Positions 36,501-44,934 of a stretch of 60,959 nucleotides of DNA are shown here, piece by piece. The stretch comes from a virus (lineage: Duplodnaviria; Caudoviricetes), in IMG/VR virus record IMGVR_UViG_3300021960_000075, positions 1 to 60,959 of that record. The stretch is one strand, 5' to 3'. How positions within the stretch are numbered: the first letter of the stretch is position 1; every line of letters starts with the position of its first letter. The notes under the pieces are model-generated. The model saw nothing but the letters and a program-made list of their open reading frames with translations, had not been told where the DNA came from and ran no database searches. Made by a program: the position numbers and the translations under genes.

Positions 36501-37975
36501 GTTCTGCAAAGATTACAATTACAGATGATACTGGTAATAATGAAATAGATATAGATTTTGGAACAGTATCAATTGACGACTTATCAGATGTTGATACCAC
36601 TTCTACTGCTCCTACATCAGGACAAGCTCTTAAATGGTCAGGTTCTGCTTGGATTCCGGGAGATGCTAGTTCTCAAGTAGCTAACTTAACAGATGTTACC
36701 CTAACATCCTTAGCAAGTGGTGACTTGCTTAAATACAATGGAACTGCTTGGGTAAACACAACATTAGATACTGACGAAGTAGCAGAAGGTTCAACTAATC
36801 TTTACTATACATCTGCTAGAGCAAACTCAGATTTTGATACAAAAATAGCAGCTGCTGATACTGACGACCTTAGTGAAGGTCTAACAAATGTTTATTACAC
36901 CGATACTAGAGCTAGAGGTGCAATTAGCGTAACAGATTCAGGTGGAGATGGTTCATTAGCTTACAACTCTACAACCGGTGTAATAACTTACACAGGTCCA
37001 AGTGCTTCTGAAGTTAGAGCTCACTTTACTGCAGGAACAGGTGTAGCTATATCATCAGGAGAAGTAAGTATAGGTCAGGCAGTCGCTACAACTTCTGATG
37101 TAAACTTTGCAACTGTTACAACAACAGGAAATGTAACTGTAGGTGGAAACTTAACTGTTTCCGGAACAACTACAACTATCAATACAGAAACAATCAACTT
37201 AGCTGATAATACAATCGTTCTTAATTCCAATGCTACTGGTTCAGCCAGTGAAAATGGTGGTATTGAAATTGAGAGAGGTGATGATACTAATAAAACACTT
37301 CTTTGGGATGAAACTAATGATAAGTGGACTGTTGGTTCAGAAACATTTGTCGCTGCAACTTTTGAAGGAAATTTAACTGGAAATGTTACAGGTAACTTAA
37401 GTGGTAATGCTAGCAATATAGACGCTACAGCAATAACAGATTTAACAGAAGATAGTTCTCCTGCTGAAGGCGACTTCTTAATAACTTATGATGTAAGTGC
37501 TAGTGCTTTGAAGAAAGTTCAAAAATCAAATATAGCAGCAGCAGTTAGCTTTAGTGTAAATGATGAAATGCCTCTAACACTTGCAGACGCAAGTTCAGAC
37601 CCAATACAATTTACAAATGTTGGTACATCAGCTACAGACATAGACTTAGTTCTTGCTGATGGTACTAGCGACCCAATAAATATTGTCGGAACTTCTAATT
37701 CTGCAACTTCATTTAGAGATAATGACAATGATACAAAGATTAACCTAGAAGAAACTGCTGATGAAGATACTATACATATGTATACAGCAGGTACAGAAAG
37801 AGTTACTATCGACTCTTCTGCGATTGCAATGGCTTTACCAGTACAATTACCAAGCTACACAACTACAGAAAGAGACGCATTATCCCCTTCTGCTGGTTGG
37901 TTGATACTAAATACAACAACAGGAAAGTTAAACTTTTATACAGGTTCAGCTTGGGAAGCAATAACGAGCTCATAA
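30524..37975 (+). CDS. Giant repetitive tail fibre/adhesin (2483 aa)
   Basis: Many TDDL.EG.TNLYYT..R, GNVTG, L.DVTLTS...GD.L.YNG..W and AGIEIERG repeats; internal cupredoxin-like domain. Confidence 0.85.
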   Translation: MAQKNPIRGDFNESSELVGLAEFQASDFIGIEDGGTGAITASGARTNLGLEIGTDVQSWDAQLDDIAGLTPSDGYFIVGDGSNFVTESGNTARASLGLSTSDSPTFNNLTVSGNLTVSGTQTILETETLTVDDNTIVLNSNATGSASEDAGIEIERGDDTNVTLIWDESNDRWTVGSESFVAATFIGNLTGNVTGTVSDISNFDTDDLSEGSTNLYYTDTRVGTYLTTNSYATESYVDSAVASENELSEMNDVTLTSPANGDFLRYNGSVWINDPVNLSTDTIGDYVQSITGGTGISIDVTSGEGQTPTLAIDFTEFDTGSITEGSNLYFTEERVDDRVAALLVDSVTSGIDISYDDVNNQLTISSDLSEIVEALQDNVQGLFSGGTGITTNYDDGSNTLSLSIDFTEFTSDDIVEGSTNLFVTDERIDDRINALLVDSTTSGIDISYDDVANSLTLSVDLSEIVEALQDNVEGLFSGGTGITTSYDDAANTLSLSIDFTEFDTDNVVEGTTNLFFTTARVDSHLSGGTGISYTTGAIAIDFSEFDTGSITEGSNLYYTDTRADGRIAAASIGDLSDVTLTSTATGDILRYNGSAFVNEPLNLGTDTEGDYVASLVAGTGITLTNNSGETSTPTVAVDMTAFDTDDLSEGSTNLYYTDTRVGSYLTTNSYATQTYVDNAVASENELSEMNDVTLTSATTGDFLQYNGSVWVNIAPDTDDIAEGTNLYFTTSRVDTEIDSYVTGGTGVTVSSGQISIGQAVSTTSNVTFADVTVNGDLTSGGQVLIGTNTITLNYDVQSTDNTLDIDIEFWRGNLAHKHFSWDEQNDRFTVNGEDFVAGTVIAALTGNVTGNVAGNVTGDLTGDVTGDVTGNLTGNVTGNVTGNVTGNVVGNVTGDVTGTVSSLSNHDTDDLTEGVTNLYYTDTRARAAINYNDAGGDGSLTYDNSTGVITYTGPSASEVRAHFTAGTGVAISSGEISIGQAVATTDNVTFATVETSGNVTVGGNLTVSGTTTTINTETLVVDDNIIILNSNATGSPTENAGFEIERGDSANKSFLWNETDDKWTLGSDTLVAGTVEANLTGNVTGTVSSLSNHDTDDLTEGTTNLYYTDARVDAYHTGGTGISYASGTIAVDFTEFDTDSITEGSSNVYYTTARARSAVSGGTGLDYNSSTGVFDIDSTVATLSGTQTLTNKTINFEDNTAIVEFAVTVADVSGNKYHLDGETAASIQLVPGITYRFDQSDSTNSGHPLVFSTTQDGTHNSGSAYTTGVTTNGTPGSSGAYTQIVVNAATADTLYYYCSSHSGMGGSSVVSVAGSSLTASTTDNLTEGSSNLYFTDARARSAISVTDSGGDGSLSYNSSTGVITYTGPSASEVQAHFSAGTGVTYSAGQFSIGQSVGTTDSVTFSTVTANLTGNVTGNVTGNVTGTVSSLSNHDTGDLTEGSNLYYTDTRARGSISVTDAGGDGSLSYNNTTGVITYTGPSAAEVRAHFTAGTGVSITSGEVAIGQSVGTTDNVTFNDLTVSGNLTVSGTTTTVNTETINLADNIIVFNSNATGSASENAGIEIERGDDANKTLIWDETNDRWTVGSETFVASTFIGNLTGNVTGNVTGQVSDISNHDAADLSYDPSDSENLTATNVKGALDELDLAKVNKSALGTTLIYYPTDTADPSISGYYRMVTSISDTDYDTTAVNISTGSITANNQQVGAVIGDAGIFQGNPGYIEIHVTGSIRNVSGGSAGFYFKVYHRNSSGTETLMGTSNATPNVTNTSYQEFHADAILTSPQDFTATDRVVFKWFAANLSGSATYDFQYGGTSPIRATFPVQTALILHDQEADDVQTNTTAFNGILSTSETTVQAALNVIDDITTTDVPEGTNLYYTTARANTDFDTKLAAADTDDLSEGTTNLYFTNARADARIAAANIEDLNNIGFTAPGASDDAKVISWDNTAGSFALSSLSGLSGSGEVNTASNIGTAGVGVFDGKVGEDLQFKNINAGSAKITITDDTGNNEIDIDFGTVSIDDLSDVDTTSTAPTSGQALKWSGSAWIPGDASSQVANLTDVTLTSLASGDLLKYNGTAWVNTTLDTDEVAEGSTNLYYTSARANSDFDTKIAAADTDDLSEGLTNVYYTDTRARGAISVTDSGGDGSLAYNSTTGVITYTGPSASEVRAHFTAGTGVAISSGEVSIGQAVATTSDVNFATVTTTGNVTVGGNLTVSGTTTTINTETINLADNTIVLNSNATGSASENGGIEIERGDDTNKTLLWDETNDKWTVGSETFVAATFEGNLTGNVTGNLSGNASNIDATAITDLTEDSSPAEGDFLITYDVSASALKKVQKSNIAAAVSFSVNDEMPLTLADASSDPIQFTNVGTSATDIDLVLADGTSDPINIVGTSNSATSFRDNDNDTKINLEETADEDTIHMYTAGTERVTIDSSAIAMALPVQLPSYTTTERDALSPSAGWLILNTTTGKLNFYTGSAWEAITSS
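33050..33220 (+). repeat. Imperfect 12-bp tandem repeat encoding (G-N/D-V/L-T)n
   Basis: About 13 consecutive units such as ggtaatgttact, ggagatgtaaca. Confidence 0.85.
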
Positions 37976-38088
37976 TGGAAGTATTTGTAACATTTTTGGC
38001 AGGTTTCGGTATAGGTTGGGTTAGTGTATGGTTTATTTTTTGTATGAAAGAAATTAAAGAAATAGAGGAGAATAATAATGTTAATTAA
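37975..38088 (+). CDS. Small single-pass membrane protein
   Basis: TAATG coupling; MEVFVTFLAGFGIGWVSVWFIF. Confidence 0.55.
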   Translation: MEVFVTFLAGFGIGWVSVWFIFCMKEIKEIEENNNVN

Positions 38089-38130
38089 AGTTGCTATAAT
38101 TAAAGTGATAAATAATCTAAAGGAATTACG

Positions 38131-38589
38131 ATGGCAGTAAGACAACATCTTATTCGTGTAGCAACCACAGCTGGTGGTGATAGTAATGGTTTAGCTGAAT
38201 TTGCAGCTGGTTCTGCAGATGGTGGACCATTAATTCCAGCATATACAACAACTGAAAGAAATGCGATAACTAGCCCTTCTGCCGGTATGGTTATATATAA
38301 CAGCTCAGATAGCCGACTTCAAGTGTATACAGGCTCTAGCTGGCAAGTTTTAGAACAAGGTGACGTTACTGGTGTTACTACTGGTGCTACTTCAGGTTTA
38401 TCCGGTGGTGCTGATAGTGGTGCTGTTGATTTATCTGTAGATGCTACAGCACTTACAGATGGTTCATCAATTGATGTTGATGAAGACAACGACTTAGTAA
38501 TGTTATATGATAATTCCGCTGGTGCTATGGTAAAAGTGAAAGCTCATCAGCTTCACACAACCGAAGCAATACAGTGGATGGGATTATAG
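38131..38589 (+). CDS. Virion structural protein sharing modules with the giant fibre
   Basis: GLAEF, P.YTTTER.A...SAG...N......YTGS.W, YD.SA....KV. Confidence 0.75.
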   Translation: MAVRQHLIRVATTAGGDSNGLAEFAAGSADGGPLIPAYTTTERNAITSPSAGMVIYNSSDSRLQVYTGSSWQVLEQGDVTGVTTGATSGLSGGADSGAVDLSVDATALTDGSSIDVDEDNDLVMLYDNSAGAMVKVKAHQLHTTEAIQWMGL

Positions 38590-38598
38590 GAGAAAAAT

Positions 38599-38928
38599 AT
38601 GGCGGTATATACAGCAGCAGAACTTGCAGAAGTAACTGCACTTACAACATCTGAAACACAAATTTTCAGTAATTCTAATAAGTGCATTATTAAGCAAATA
38701 TTGTTAGCGAACTATACAGCAACTGATAGAACAGTAGAAATAAAAGTTATTCCTTCAGGGGATACAACTGGTGACCAACACATTATTTTTGGTGACACAA
38801 CTGTTCCAGCAAACACAACCACAGTTATTGATGTAGCTATGGTTATACCTGCTAATGCTTCAGTAGCTGCATTATGTTCAGCAGCAGATTCTGTGAATAT
38901 ACACGTATCAGGCGTAGAGGTTAGCTAG
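38599..38928 (+). CDS. Small beta-sandwich structural protein
   Basis: IIKQI.LAN...SG.E pattern seen in phage virion proteins; AGGAG RBS. Confidence 0.65.
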   Translation: MAVYTAAELAEVTALTTSETQIFSNSNKCIIKQILLANYTATDRTVEIKVIPSGDTTGDQHIIFGDTTVPANTTTVIDVAMVIPANASVAALCSAADSVNIHVSGVEVS

Positions 38929-40262
38929 TGGCTGAAATAACGATACCGGAACCCCTGTTATTAGAAAGACTAGGGGGCGATGAGGTTTATGGTTATGGAC
39001 AAGATGGTAATGTAACCATAACAGCAGATACTTCTCTTTCTAGAGATATGTATTATAACGACCTTACAATCAACTCTAATTGCACTTTAGATAGCAATGG
39101 CTATCGTATTTTTGTGCGAGGGACATTAACATTTACTGATTCAACTTCAAAAATAGGTAGATTTTCAAATAAAACAACAGCAGGAACTCTCAAAGGTGGT
39201 TTTGCTAAGGGTGTAGACGCAACAGATACTCTTGGTGGAGCTTCAGGTGAGCAAGGTGGAACTCACGGTTCAGGTAATGAATTTTTTAAAGGTGATAACG
39301 AAATGTTTAACCTTACAGTTGCTTTATTAGGAAAGAAATTTGACCCATCAGATGGAACTACTAAATTTATTGGTGGTGGTTCAGGTGGGGCTGATGGTTC
39401 TGTTACAGCAGAACCGGGAGTAGGTGCTGATGGTGCAGATTCCAATTGGTCAGATTATCAAGTAGTAGGTGCAGCGGGTGGTAAAGGTGCTACAGGAAAT
39501 TCAGCTACACCGGGAACAGGTGCTGTTGGTGGTGGAGTAGTTTTAGTTGTAGCAAAAACAATTTCAGGTGATGGAACAATAAGAGCTGACGGAGATAACT
39601 CTACAGCAAATACACCGGGAACAGCAGGAGCTCCTGCTCCTGATGCTTCTACACCGGGAAATACTAATCCTACAACTAGCGGAACAAACCCAACTAACTA
39701 CGGAACTAACCCAACTAACTACGGAACTAACCCAACAAACTATGGTGCTAATCCGGGAAACCCTTATTCTTATCCGGGAAGCCAATATTCTTATTCAGGA
39801 AGCAACCCTCATACACATTATCATTGGCATCCATCCCCGCCAATTAACAATGTAGCACAAGGTTTTTATCATTATCATTATGCACACTCACATCCATATA
39901 CTAACTATGGAACTAATGCAACTAATTATGGAAGCAATAACCCAAGCCCATACTCATATCCGGGAAGTGGTTATTCATATCCGGGAAGTGGTTACTCATA
40001 TCCGGGAAACAACTATTCATATCCCGGAAATACTAACCCAACTGTTTATCACACAGGTGGAGCAGGTGGTTCTGCCGGAACAGCTTCAGATGGTTACAAT
40101 GCAGGTGGAGGAACAGTAGTTTTAATATCAGGAACAAAGCCACTACCATCAGGTTTAACTTTGGCTGCGGCTGCAGGAACAGGTGGTTCAGGTTCTGCTA
40201 GTGCAGGCTCGGTAATTACAGTGTATAATATAAATGCAGACGATACTGACCCATCAGCTTAG
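38928..40262 (+). CDS. Gly-rich structural protein with heptad-repeat, His-rich insert
   Basis: YG.G.DGNVTI...T.L.RDMYYN.LT start, GGG.V motifs. Confidence 0.8.
   Translation: MAEITIPEPLLLERLGGDEVYGYGQDGNVTITADTSLSRDMYYNDLTINSNCTLDSNGYRIFVRGTLTFTDSTSKIGRFSNKTTAGTLKGGFAKGVDATDTLGGASGEQGGTHGSGNEFFKGDNEMFNLTVALLGKKFDPSDGTTKFIGGGSGGADGSVTAEPGVGADGADSNWSDYQVVGAAGGKGATGNSATPGTGAVGGGVVLVVAKTISGDGTIRADGDNSTANTPGTAGAPAPDASTPGNTNPTTSGTNPTNYGTNPTNYGTNPTNYGANPGNPYSYPGSQYSYSGSNPHTHYHWHPSPPINNVAQGFYHYHYAHSHPYTNYGTNATNYGSNNPSPYSYPGSGYSYPGSGYSYPGNNYSYPGNTNPTVYHTGGAGGSAGTASDGYNAGGGTVVLISGTKPLPSGLTLAAAAGTGGSGSASAGSVITVYNINADDTDPSA
39650..40040 (+). repeat. Two families of 21-bp coding repeats (TNYGTNP and YSYPGSG)
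   Basis: aacccaactaactacggaact and tattcatatccgggaagtggt tandem copies. Confidence 0.9.
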
Positions 40263-40270
40263 GAGATAAT

Positions 40271-40936
40271 ATGCCAATAATTAAATACGGAAATGCAGGA
40301 AATCCTACTGATTACGAACAATTTGATGTTATCCCAGATTCAATATACGGTTCTGGTATGGATGGAAATGTAACTATCTCTGCTAACACAACTCTTACAA
40401 GGGATATGTTTTACAACAACCTTACGGTCAATGCTGGTTACACACTAGATACAGCAGGTTATAAAGTTTTTGTAAGAAATACACTTGTTATGGCACCAAC
40501 ATCTGCAAACCAAGCAGATACTATTATCGGTAGAGTTGGAGGTGTTTCTACTGCAGGAACATTAGCTGCAGGTGGAATTGGGAATATAACAGATTCTTTA
40601 GGTGGTAATGGAAATGGATACACAGCAACAGAGCCAACTGAAGGAGATGAGTATTTTAATCATCCTGATATTGCAGTATCTGCAATCATTCAACACGGTG
40701 GCTCTACTACAGCAACAGCATTAAATGGTGGAGCTGGAGATTCAGTAAATTATGGTGGAGGAGTTGTAGTTTTATGTGCAAGAAAAATGCAAGGATATGG
40801 AACAATAGAAGCTAGCGGTGAAACAACCACTGGTGGTGGGGTTATATTTATAGTTTCACAGGATATACCGTTAACAGGTATCTTAACTGATGTTACTGGA
40901 TATGCGAGTGGGACAGTAAAGACATTTAAGGTGTAA
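40271..40936 (+). CDS. Gly-rich structural protein, shorter paralogue of 38928-40262
   Basis: Same YG.G.DGNVTI...RDM.YN.LT and GGGVV motifs, without the repeat insert. Confidence 0.8.
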   Translation: MPIIKYGNAGNPTDYEQFDVIPDSIYGSGMDGNVTISANTTLTRDMFYNNLTVNAGYTLDTAGYKVFVRNTLVMAPTSANQADTIIGRVGGVSTAGTLAAGGIGNITDSLGGNGNGYTATEPTEGDEYFNHPDIAVSAIIQHGGSTTATALNGGAGDSVNYGGGVVVLCARKMQGYGTIEASGETTTGGGVIFIVSQDIPLTGILTDVTGYASGTVKTFKV

Positions 40937-40938
40937 CA

Positions 40939-41835
40939 ATGGCTACACCTAGTTATATAAGAGTCTACTTAGACAGATTCGGTTCAGATACAGAAAATTA
41001 CGAAGTTCATTATTATTTAGGTATTTACAAACCTGATTTAAGTAATCCTTTATTTCCTGATATAGAAACAGATGTTGTAATTGCTAATTACCCAAGAAAA
41101 AAAATTGCTTTTAATAAAGACAAATATGTTGATATTGCAATGAATCAATCAGATGTTGTAAGTTTTTCTATCAAAAGGAAAGATGGTTATTATATTTATA
41201 ACGATGAATTAGAAGGAACTGAAGGATTAAAAACAGGACCATTAGACCCTTTCAAATATGAATCAGGATATATTTGGACTATTGATACAAATGTAAACCC
41301 TCAAGGAACTTATTACATAAAAGAAGGTAAGCCTTATGTTTACAAAGATAATACTTTTAATACAATTCTAGCTTTTGGTGTATCAGCTATACCATCTGAA
41401 GGTGATTTAGATGCTGATGAAACAGAAGAAGAAAAAACTACTGCTGATAAATACCGAATATTTTACACTTTTAAAGACTACTTTGATGTGACTAAACCTG
41501 AAGAAGCATATTTCAACTTATGGGAAGATGGTGATGAACCATCAGAGTTTGAGATGCTATACTTGAGGGGTAAGTCTTTTAATGATATAGGAGAAGAAAA
41601 TATGCAATTATCATTGAGTGCGGAAGCATTACAAGCCCAAAAAGATGATGCTAAGAATATGCTAGAAAGTGGCATAGCTAATAGTTTATTTAAAATGGGT
41701 GAATCTATTGCTGATTTTGATGAAGATGCATTCTTAGCTGATGTCGATGGTTATAAAGCTGGAAAAGATGCTTCTTTTCATCAAACTATTGACTATATGA
41801 AAGTATGTATTGATAATCTTAAAGCTTTAGAATAG
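40939..41835 (+). CDS. Hypothetical protein
   Basis: 298-aa acidic ORF in the operon. Confidence 0.75.
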   Translation: MATPSYIRVYLDRFGSDTENYEVHYYLGIYKPDLSNPLFPDIETDVVIANYPRKKIAFNKDKYVDIAMNQSDVVSFSIKRKDGYYIYNDELEGTEGLKTGPLDPFKYESGYIWTIDTNVNPQGTYYIKEGKPYVYKDNTFNTILAFGVSAIPSEGDLDADETEEEKTTADKYRIFYTFKDYFDVTKPEEAYFNLWEDGDEPSEFEMLYLRGKSFNDIGEENMQLSLSAEALQAQKDDAKNMLESGIANSLFKMGESIADFDEDAFLADVDGYKAGKDASFHQTIDYMKVCIDNLKALE

Positions 41836-41854
41836 TTTTAAACTTGGAGGGTTT

Positions 41855-42328
41855 ATGCGTAAAATATTTTATGTTCCTGCTAATAAGGACATAGAAGAAT
41901 ATAGAAGTCAATGGGACAAAATCGTAACTGAAGTTGTTCACGGTGTTTCTGAAAATATAAAAAATTATATTGATAACGAAGACGTAGGTCAATTAGTTTA
42001 TATACCTGAATACAGAGTATTAGATACACCTAGAAACATTTCTAACGCTACTTATTTTCAAATTATCTACTTTGATGATTTTGAATCTATAAAAGAAGAA
42101 AAACCTGAAGTAATTTGTGAAATTTGGAAAAAAAATTTAGATAACCCATCTGAAGCCGAAGTAAAGCATACACAATATCCATTACACTTTGTTGTAGGTA
42201 AAAGAAATTGGGTTTCTGACCACTTAAAACTACCTATTGGATGGTTTGATTTCGTTATAAAAGTTGATGGTGTAGAAGTTGAATCTTCTGAATGTGCTGT
42301 CTATGAATACAATTTAGAAGAAGAATGA
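41855..42328 (+). CDS. Hypothetical protein
   Basis: GGAGG RBS. Confidence 0.75.
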   Translation: MRKIFYVPANKDIEEYRSQWDKIVTEVVHGVSENIKNYIDNEDVGQLVYIPEYRVLDTPRNISNATYFQIIYFDDFESIKEEKPEVICEIWKKNLDNPSEAEVKHTQYPLHFVVGKRNWVSDHLKLPIGWFDFVIKVDGVEVESSECAVYEYNLEEE

Positions 42329-43020
42329 AACAAAATCTTTGGAGAAAAGTTCAACCTAAAGAAATCGTCACAGGAGTTTGGTCTTGGGAAAATTGTATTG
42401 ATGTCCCTGAAGGCATATTGCCTATTATGAATTCTGAAGTAGACTTGTGGGCTAAAACTAAGCAAAAAAAAGATAGTCAAGGTTATGGAACTAATAATGG
42501 ACCAATTAGATTTGACCCTGAATATGATTTTCATAGAGAAGAATCTTTAGCATATTTTAAGCAAGTTCAAAGAAACGCTTTAGACAAAGCTGCAGATTAT
42601 ATGATGATATATCCTGATGTAGAGTTAGAAGTCAATTGGATGGAAACTTGGCAGTATATATCTTATAGACCACCAAAACATATGGATTACCATAGTGATA
42701 ATCATTCAGTAAGAGACCCAAAAACTAATAAACATCATTTAGCTCCTTACCTAAGAAGATTTACTATACTAACATATATGAACGATAATTTTATTGGTGG
42801 AGCTTTAAGTTTCAGGTACTTTCCTGAAGTTGCACCATATAAACCGCCTGCAGGAAGTGTTGTTATAATGCCCAGTGCTTATATATGGTCACACGCTACG
42901 ACACCTTTATTAAATGGTAGAAAAACAGCATTTTTAGTTTCTATGAGTAGCCATTATGACGAAGCAGGAGAGCAAAATGGGACACCTATAGAAGATTTAA
43001 AAAGGAGAGAATTAAGATGA
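42325..43020 (+). CDS. 2OG-Fe(II) oxygenase, prolyl 4-hydroxylase-like
   Basis: HSD...YMNDNF.GG.L.F...KP.AGS.V..PS...SH...P...GRK. Confidence 0.9.
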   Translation: MKQNLWRKVQPKEIVTGVWSWENCIDVPEGILPIMNSEVDLWAKTKQKKDSQGYGTNNGPIRFDPEYDFHREESLAYFKQVQRNALDKAADYMMIYPDVELEVNWMETWQYISYRPPKHMDYHSDNHSVRDPKTNKHHLAPYLRRFTILTYMNDNFIGGALSFRYFPEVAPYKPPAGSVVIMPSAYIWSHATTPLLNGRKTAFLVSMSSHYDEAGEQNGTPIEDLKRRELR

Positions 43021-43688
43021 TAAAGACGATGGGTTGTGTAGAAATTTATGATGACTTCCTTTCAGTGGAAAAAGCGAACTTAATAATTGAAACAACTGAA
43101 AAAATTGATAAAGACCAAGATGTTTCAATGGGTTATGTTTCTGCAAAAGTAGGTAAAGGTCACGAAGGTGGCAATATTAGAAGTAATAAAACATTTGAAT
43201 TAAGTTCATATGTTTATACCGATGAAATGAGTAGGGAATACAGAGAAGCTGTTAAATCAGGAAAAGATATTTACTATCAAGAACTAAGACAAATAAATGA
43301 CTTGATTTCACAAAAATTACAAAGTTATGTAAATGAATATACCAAAAAATATGAATTTCCAATTATGTTTGATGAGGGATATACAATGTTAAGATACCAA
43401 GGTGGTCAAGAGTATCAATCACATTGTGATTATGCTCCACATATTCCTAGATATTTATCAGCATTAATCCTTTTAAATCCTGCTGATTACGAAGGTGGTG
43501 GAACATACTTTGAACATTTTGATGAAATTGTAAAACCTGAAAAACCTTCATTAGTTTTATTTCCAAGCAACTATGCGTATGCTCATAGAGCTATGCCGGT
43601 TATTCAAGGAAGTAAATATGCAATTGTAACTTGGCTAGGTCATAGATTAGATTTTGATGGTATGCCTCCAATGTATATGGGTAATTAA
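43017..43688 (+). CDS. 2OG-Fe(II) oxygenase, prolyl 4-hydroxylase-like
   Basis: LRY..GQ.Y..HCD...LN..DYEGG.T.F...LFPS....H...PV..G.KY...TW. Confidence 0.92.
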   Translation: MIKTMGCVEIYDDFLSVEKANLIIETTEKIDKDQDVSMGYVSAKVGKGHEGGNIRSNKTFELSSYVYTDEMSREYREAVKSGKDIYYQELRQINDLISQKLQSYVNEYTKKYEFPIMFDEGYTMLRYQGGQEYQSHCDYAPHIPRYLSALILLNPADYEGGGTYFEHFDEIVKPEKPSLVLFPSNYAYAHRAMPVIQGSKYAIVTWLGHRLDFDGMPPMYMGN

Positions 43689-43689
43689 T

Positions 43690-44238
43690 ATGGAAGCTGT
43701 AAAGATTTTAGATTTATTTAAAGGTAATCAATTAGAAGAAATTAAATATTGGTTAGATAACGAATCTCCTTTTGTTGACCCTGATAATTGGAATATAAAT
43801 GTAAATCACTATGAAAAAAAATGTTCTGAATTAGATACTTTACATATATCAACAACAGATAAAGCAAGAGAAATATTTGCAGTTCATAACTTACTACCGA
43901 CATTCTCAAGAATAATGTGGTATGACAAATCTCCTGAAGGTGAAGAACACATTGACACAGGAGCAACAGAATTTACAGTATTATATAATTACTACTCTGA
44001 AGACCCTGTAATTTTTTATTATGATAGTGTTGAGATACAGTTAGAAAATGAAGAAGCTATTGCTTATTGTGGAAAAAATAGAATCCACAATAGAAATAAA
44101 TCAGATGGCGTATCTATTTGTTTGGGTTTTAATTATGCAACTCCAAGCAATCCCCACTTTGTTTTAGCAGAGTATAATGGTAATAGGTTTCAATATAAAT
44201 CAAATAGAGATAAGGTAGATGTAGATTGGCTATTGTAA
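43690..44238 (+). CDS. Divergent 2OG-Fe(II) oxygenase-like protein
   Basis: HID...EAIAY.G....H.R; similar to 46606-47139. Confidence 0.65.
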   Translation: MEAVKILDLFKGNQLEEIKYWLDNESPFVDPDNWNINVNHYEKKCSELDTLHISTTDKAREIFAVHNLLPTFSRIMWYDKSPEGEEHIDTGATEFTVLYNYYSEDPVIFYYDSVEIQLENEEAIAYCGKNRIHNRNKSDGVSICLGFNYATPSNPHFVLAEYNGNRFQYKSNRDKVDVDWLL

Positions 44239-44933
44239 GTAAAACATTCAGATGTGGACCAACACTTCAGTATGATGATTCAGACTGGTATGAATCAAGA
44301 GTTGAGGAATTAGGTCATATAAATCCATCATTAGAATTTTGGCTAAAAGAAAATGCTTCTAATTTTTCTACAGCCATAGTAATAGGTGCAGGATTTGGTT
44401 TATCTTCTAAACAGCTTATTGATGCAGGTGCAGAAGTAACTTCTTTAGAGCCTACTAATTCTAGATTTGCATTGTTAGAGACTAACATACCTGATGGTAA
44501 TAATATCAATAAAGCTGCTGGAAGTTTAGCCGGACAACAAATACTATATTCAAATGAAAATAATAAATCAGGAGCAAGAGTAGGTAAAGAAATTGGTTTG
44601 CAAACTCAAATAGTAGATGTAATTACTATTGATAGTTTAAATATTAATCCTGATTTAATATTGATTTATGCAAACGGAAATGAATTAGATGTATTAGATG
44701 GTGCAAGTGCTACTCTTGCAAGCAACCCAAATTGTAAAGTAGTTTTAAAATGGGTTCCTGATTTATTAGATGATGTAGATGAAGCTGTAACTAAATTACA
44801 AACTTATAATAAATCTATAAAAATAATTCACTGGGAAGAAGATGATTCTATTAGTTATAAAGAGCAATTAACAGGAGTATTGCCTAACGATAACTTGAAA
44901 GCGGTTGTATCAGCGGACCTACTATTGGAGTAA
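44226..44933 (+). CDS. FkbM-like SAM methyltransferase, motifs degenerate
   Basis: IGAGFG, V.SLEP, N.A.G, TIDSL....DLI.I...G.EL.VL.GA. Confidence 0.7.
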   Translation: MAIVSKTFRCGPTLQYDDSDWYESRVEELGHINPSLEFWLKENASNFSTAIVIGAGFGLSSKQLIDAGAEVTSLEPTNSRFALLETNIPDGNNINKAAGSLAGQQILYSNENNKSGARVGKEIGLQTQIVDVITIDSLNINPDLILIYANGNELDVLDGASATLASNPNCKVVLKWVPDLLDDVDEAVTKLQTYNKSIKIIHWEEDDSISYKEQLTGVLPNDNLKAVVSADLLLE

Positions 44934-44934
44934 T

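Noticed and set aside
6670-37728. Numerous minus-strand ORFs opposite structural genes
   Set aside because: Antisense shadows of long plus-strand genes, lacking RBS, promoters or recognisable motifs
33050-40040. CRISPR array or DGR template/variable repeats
   Set aside because: Repeats are in-frame coding units with synonymous variation; there are no unique spacers, no adenine-specific divergence and no cas or reverse transcriptase gene
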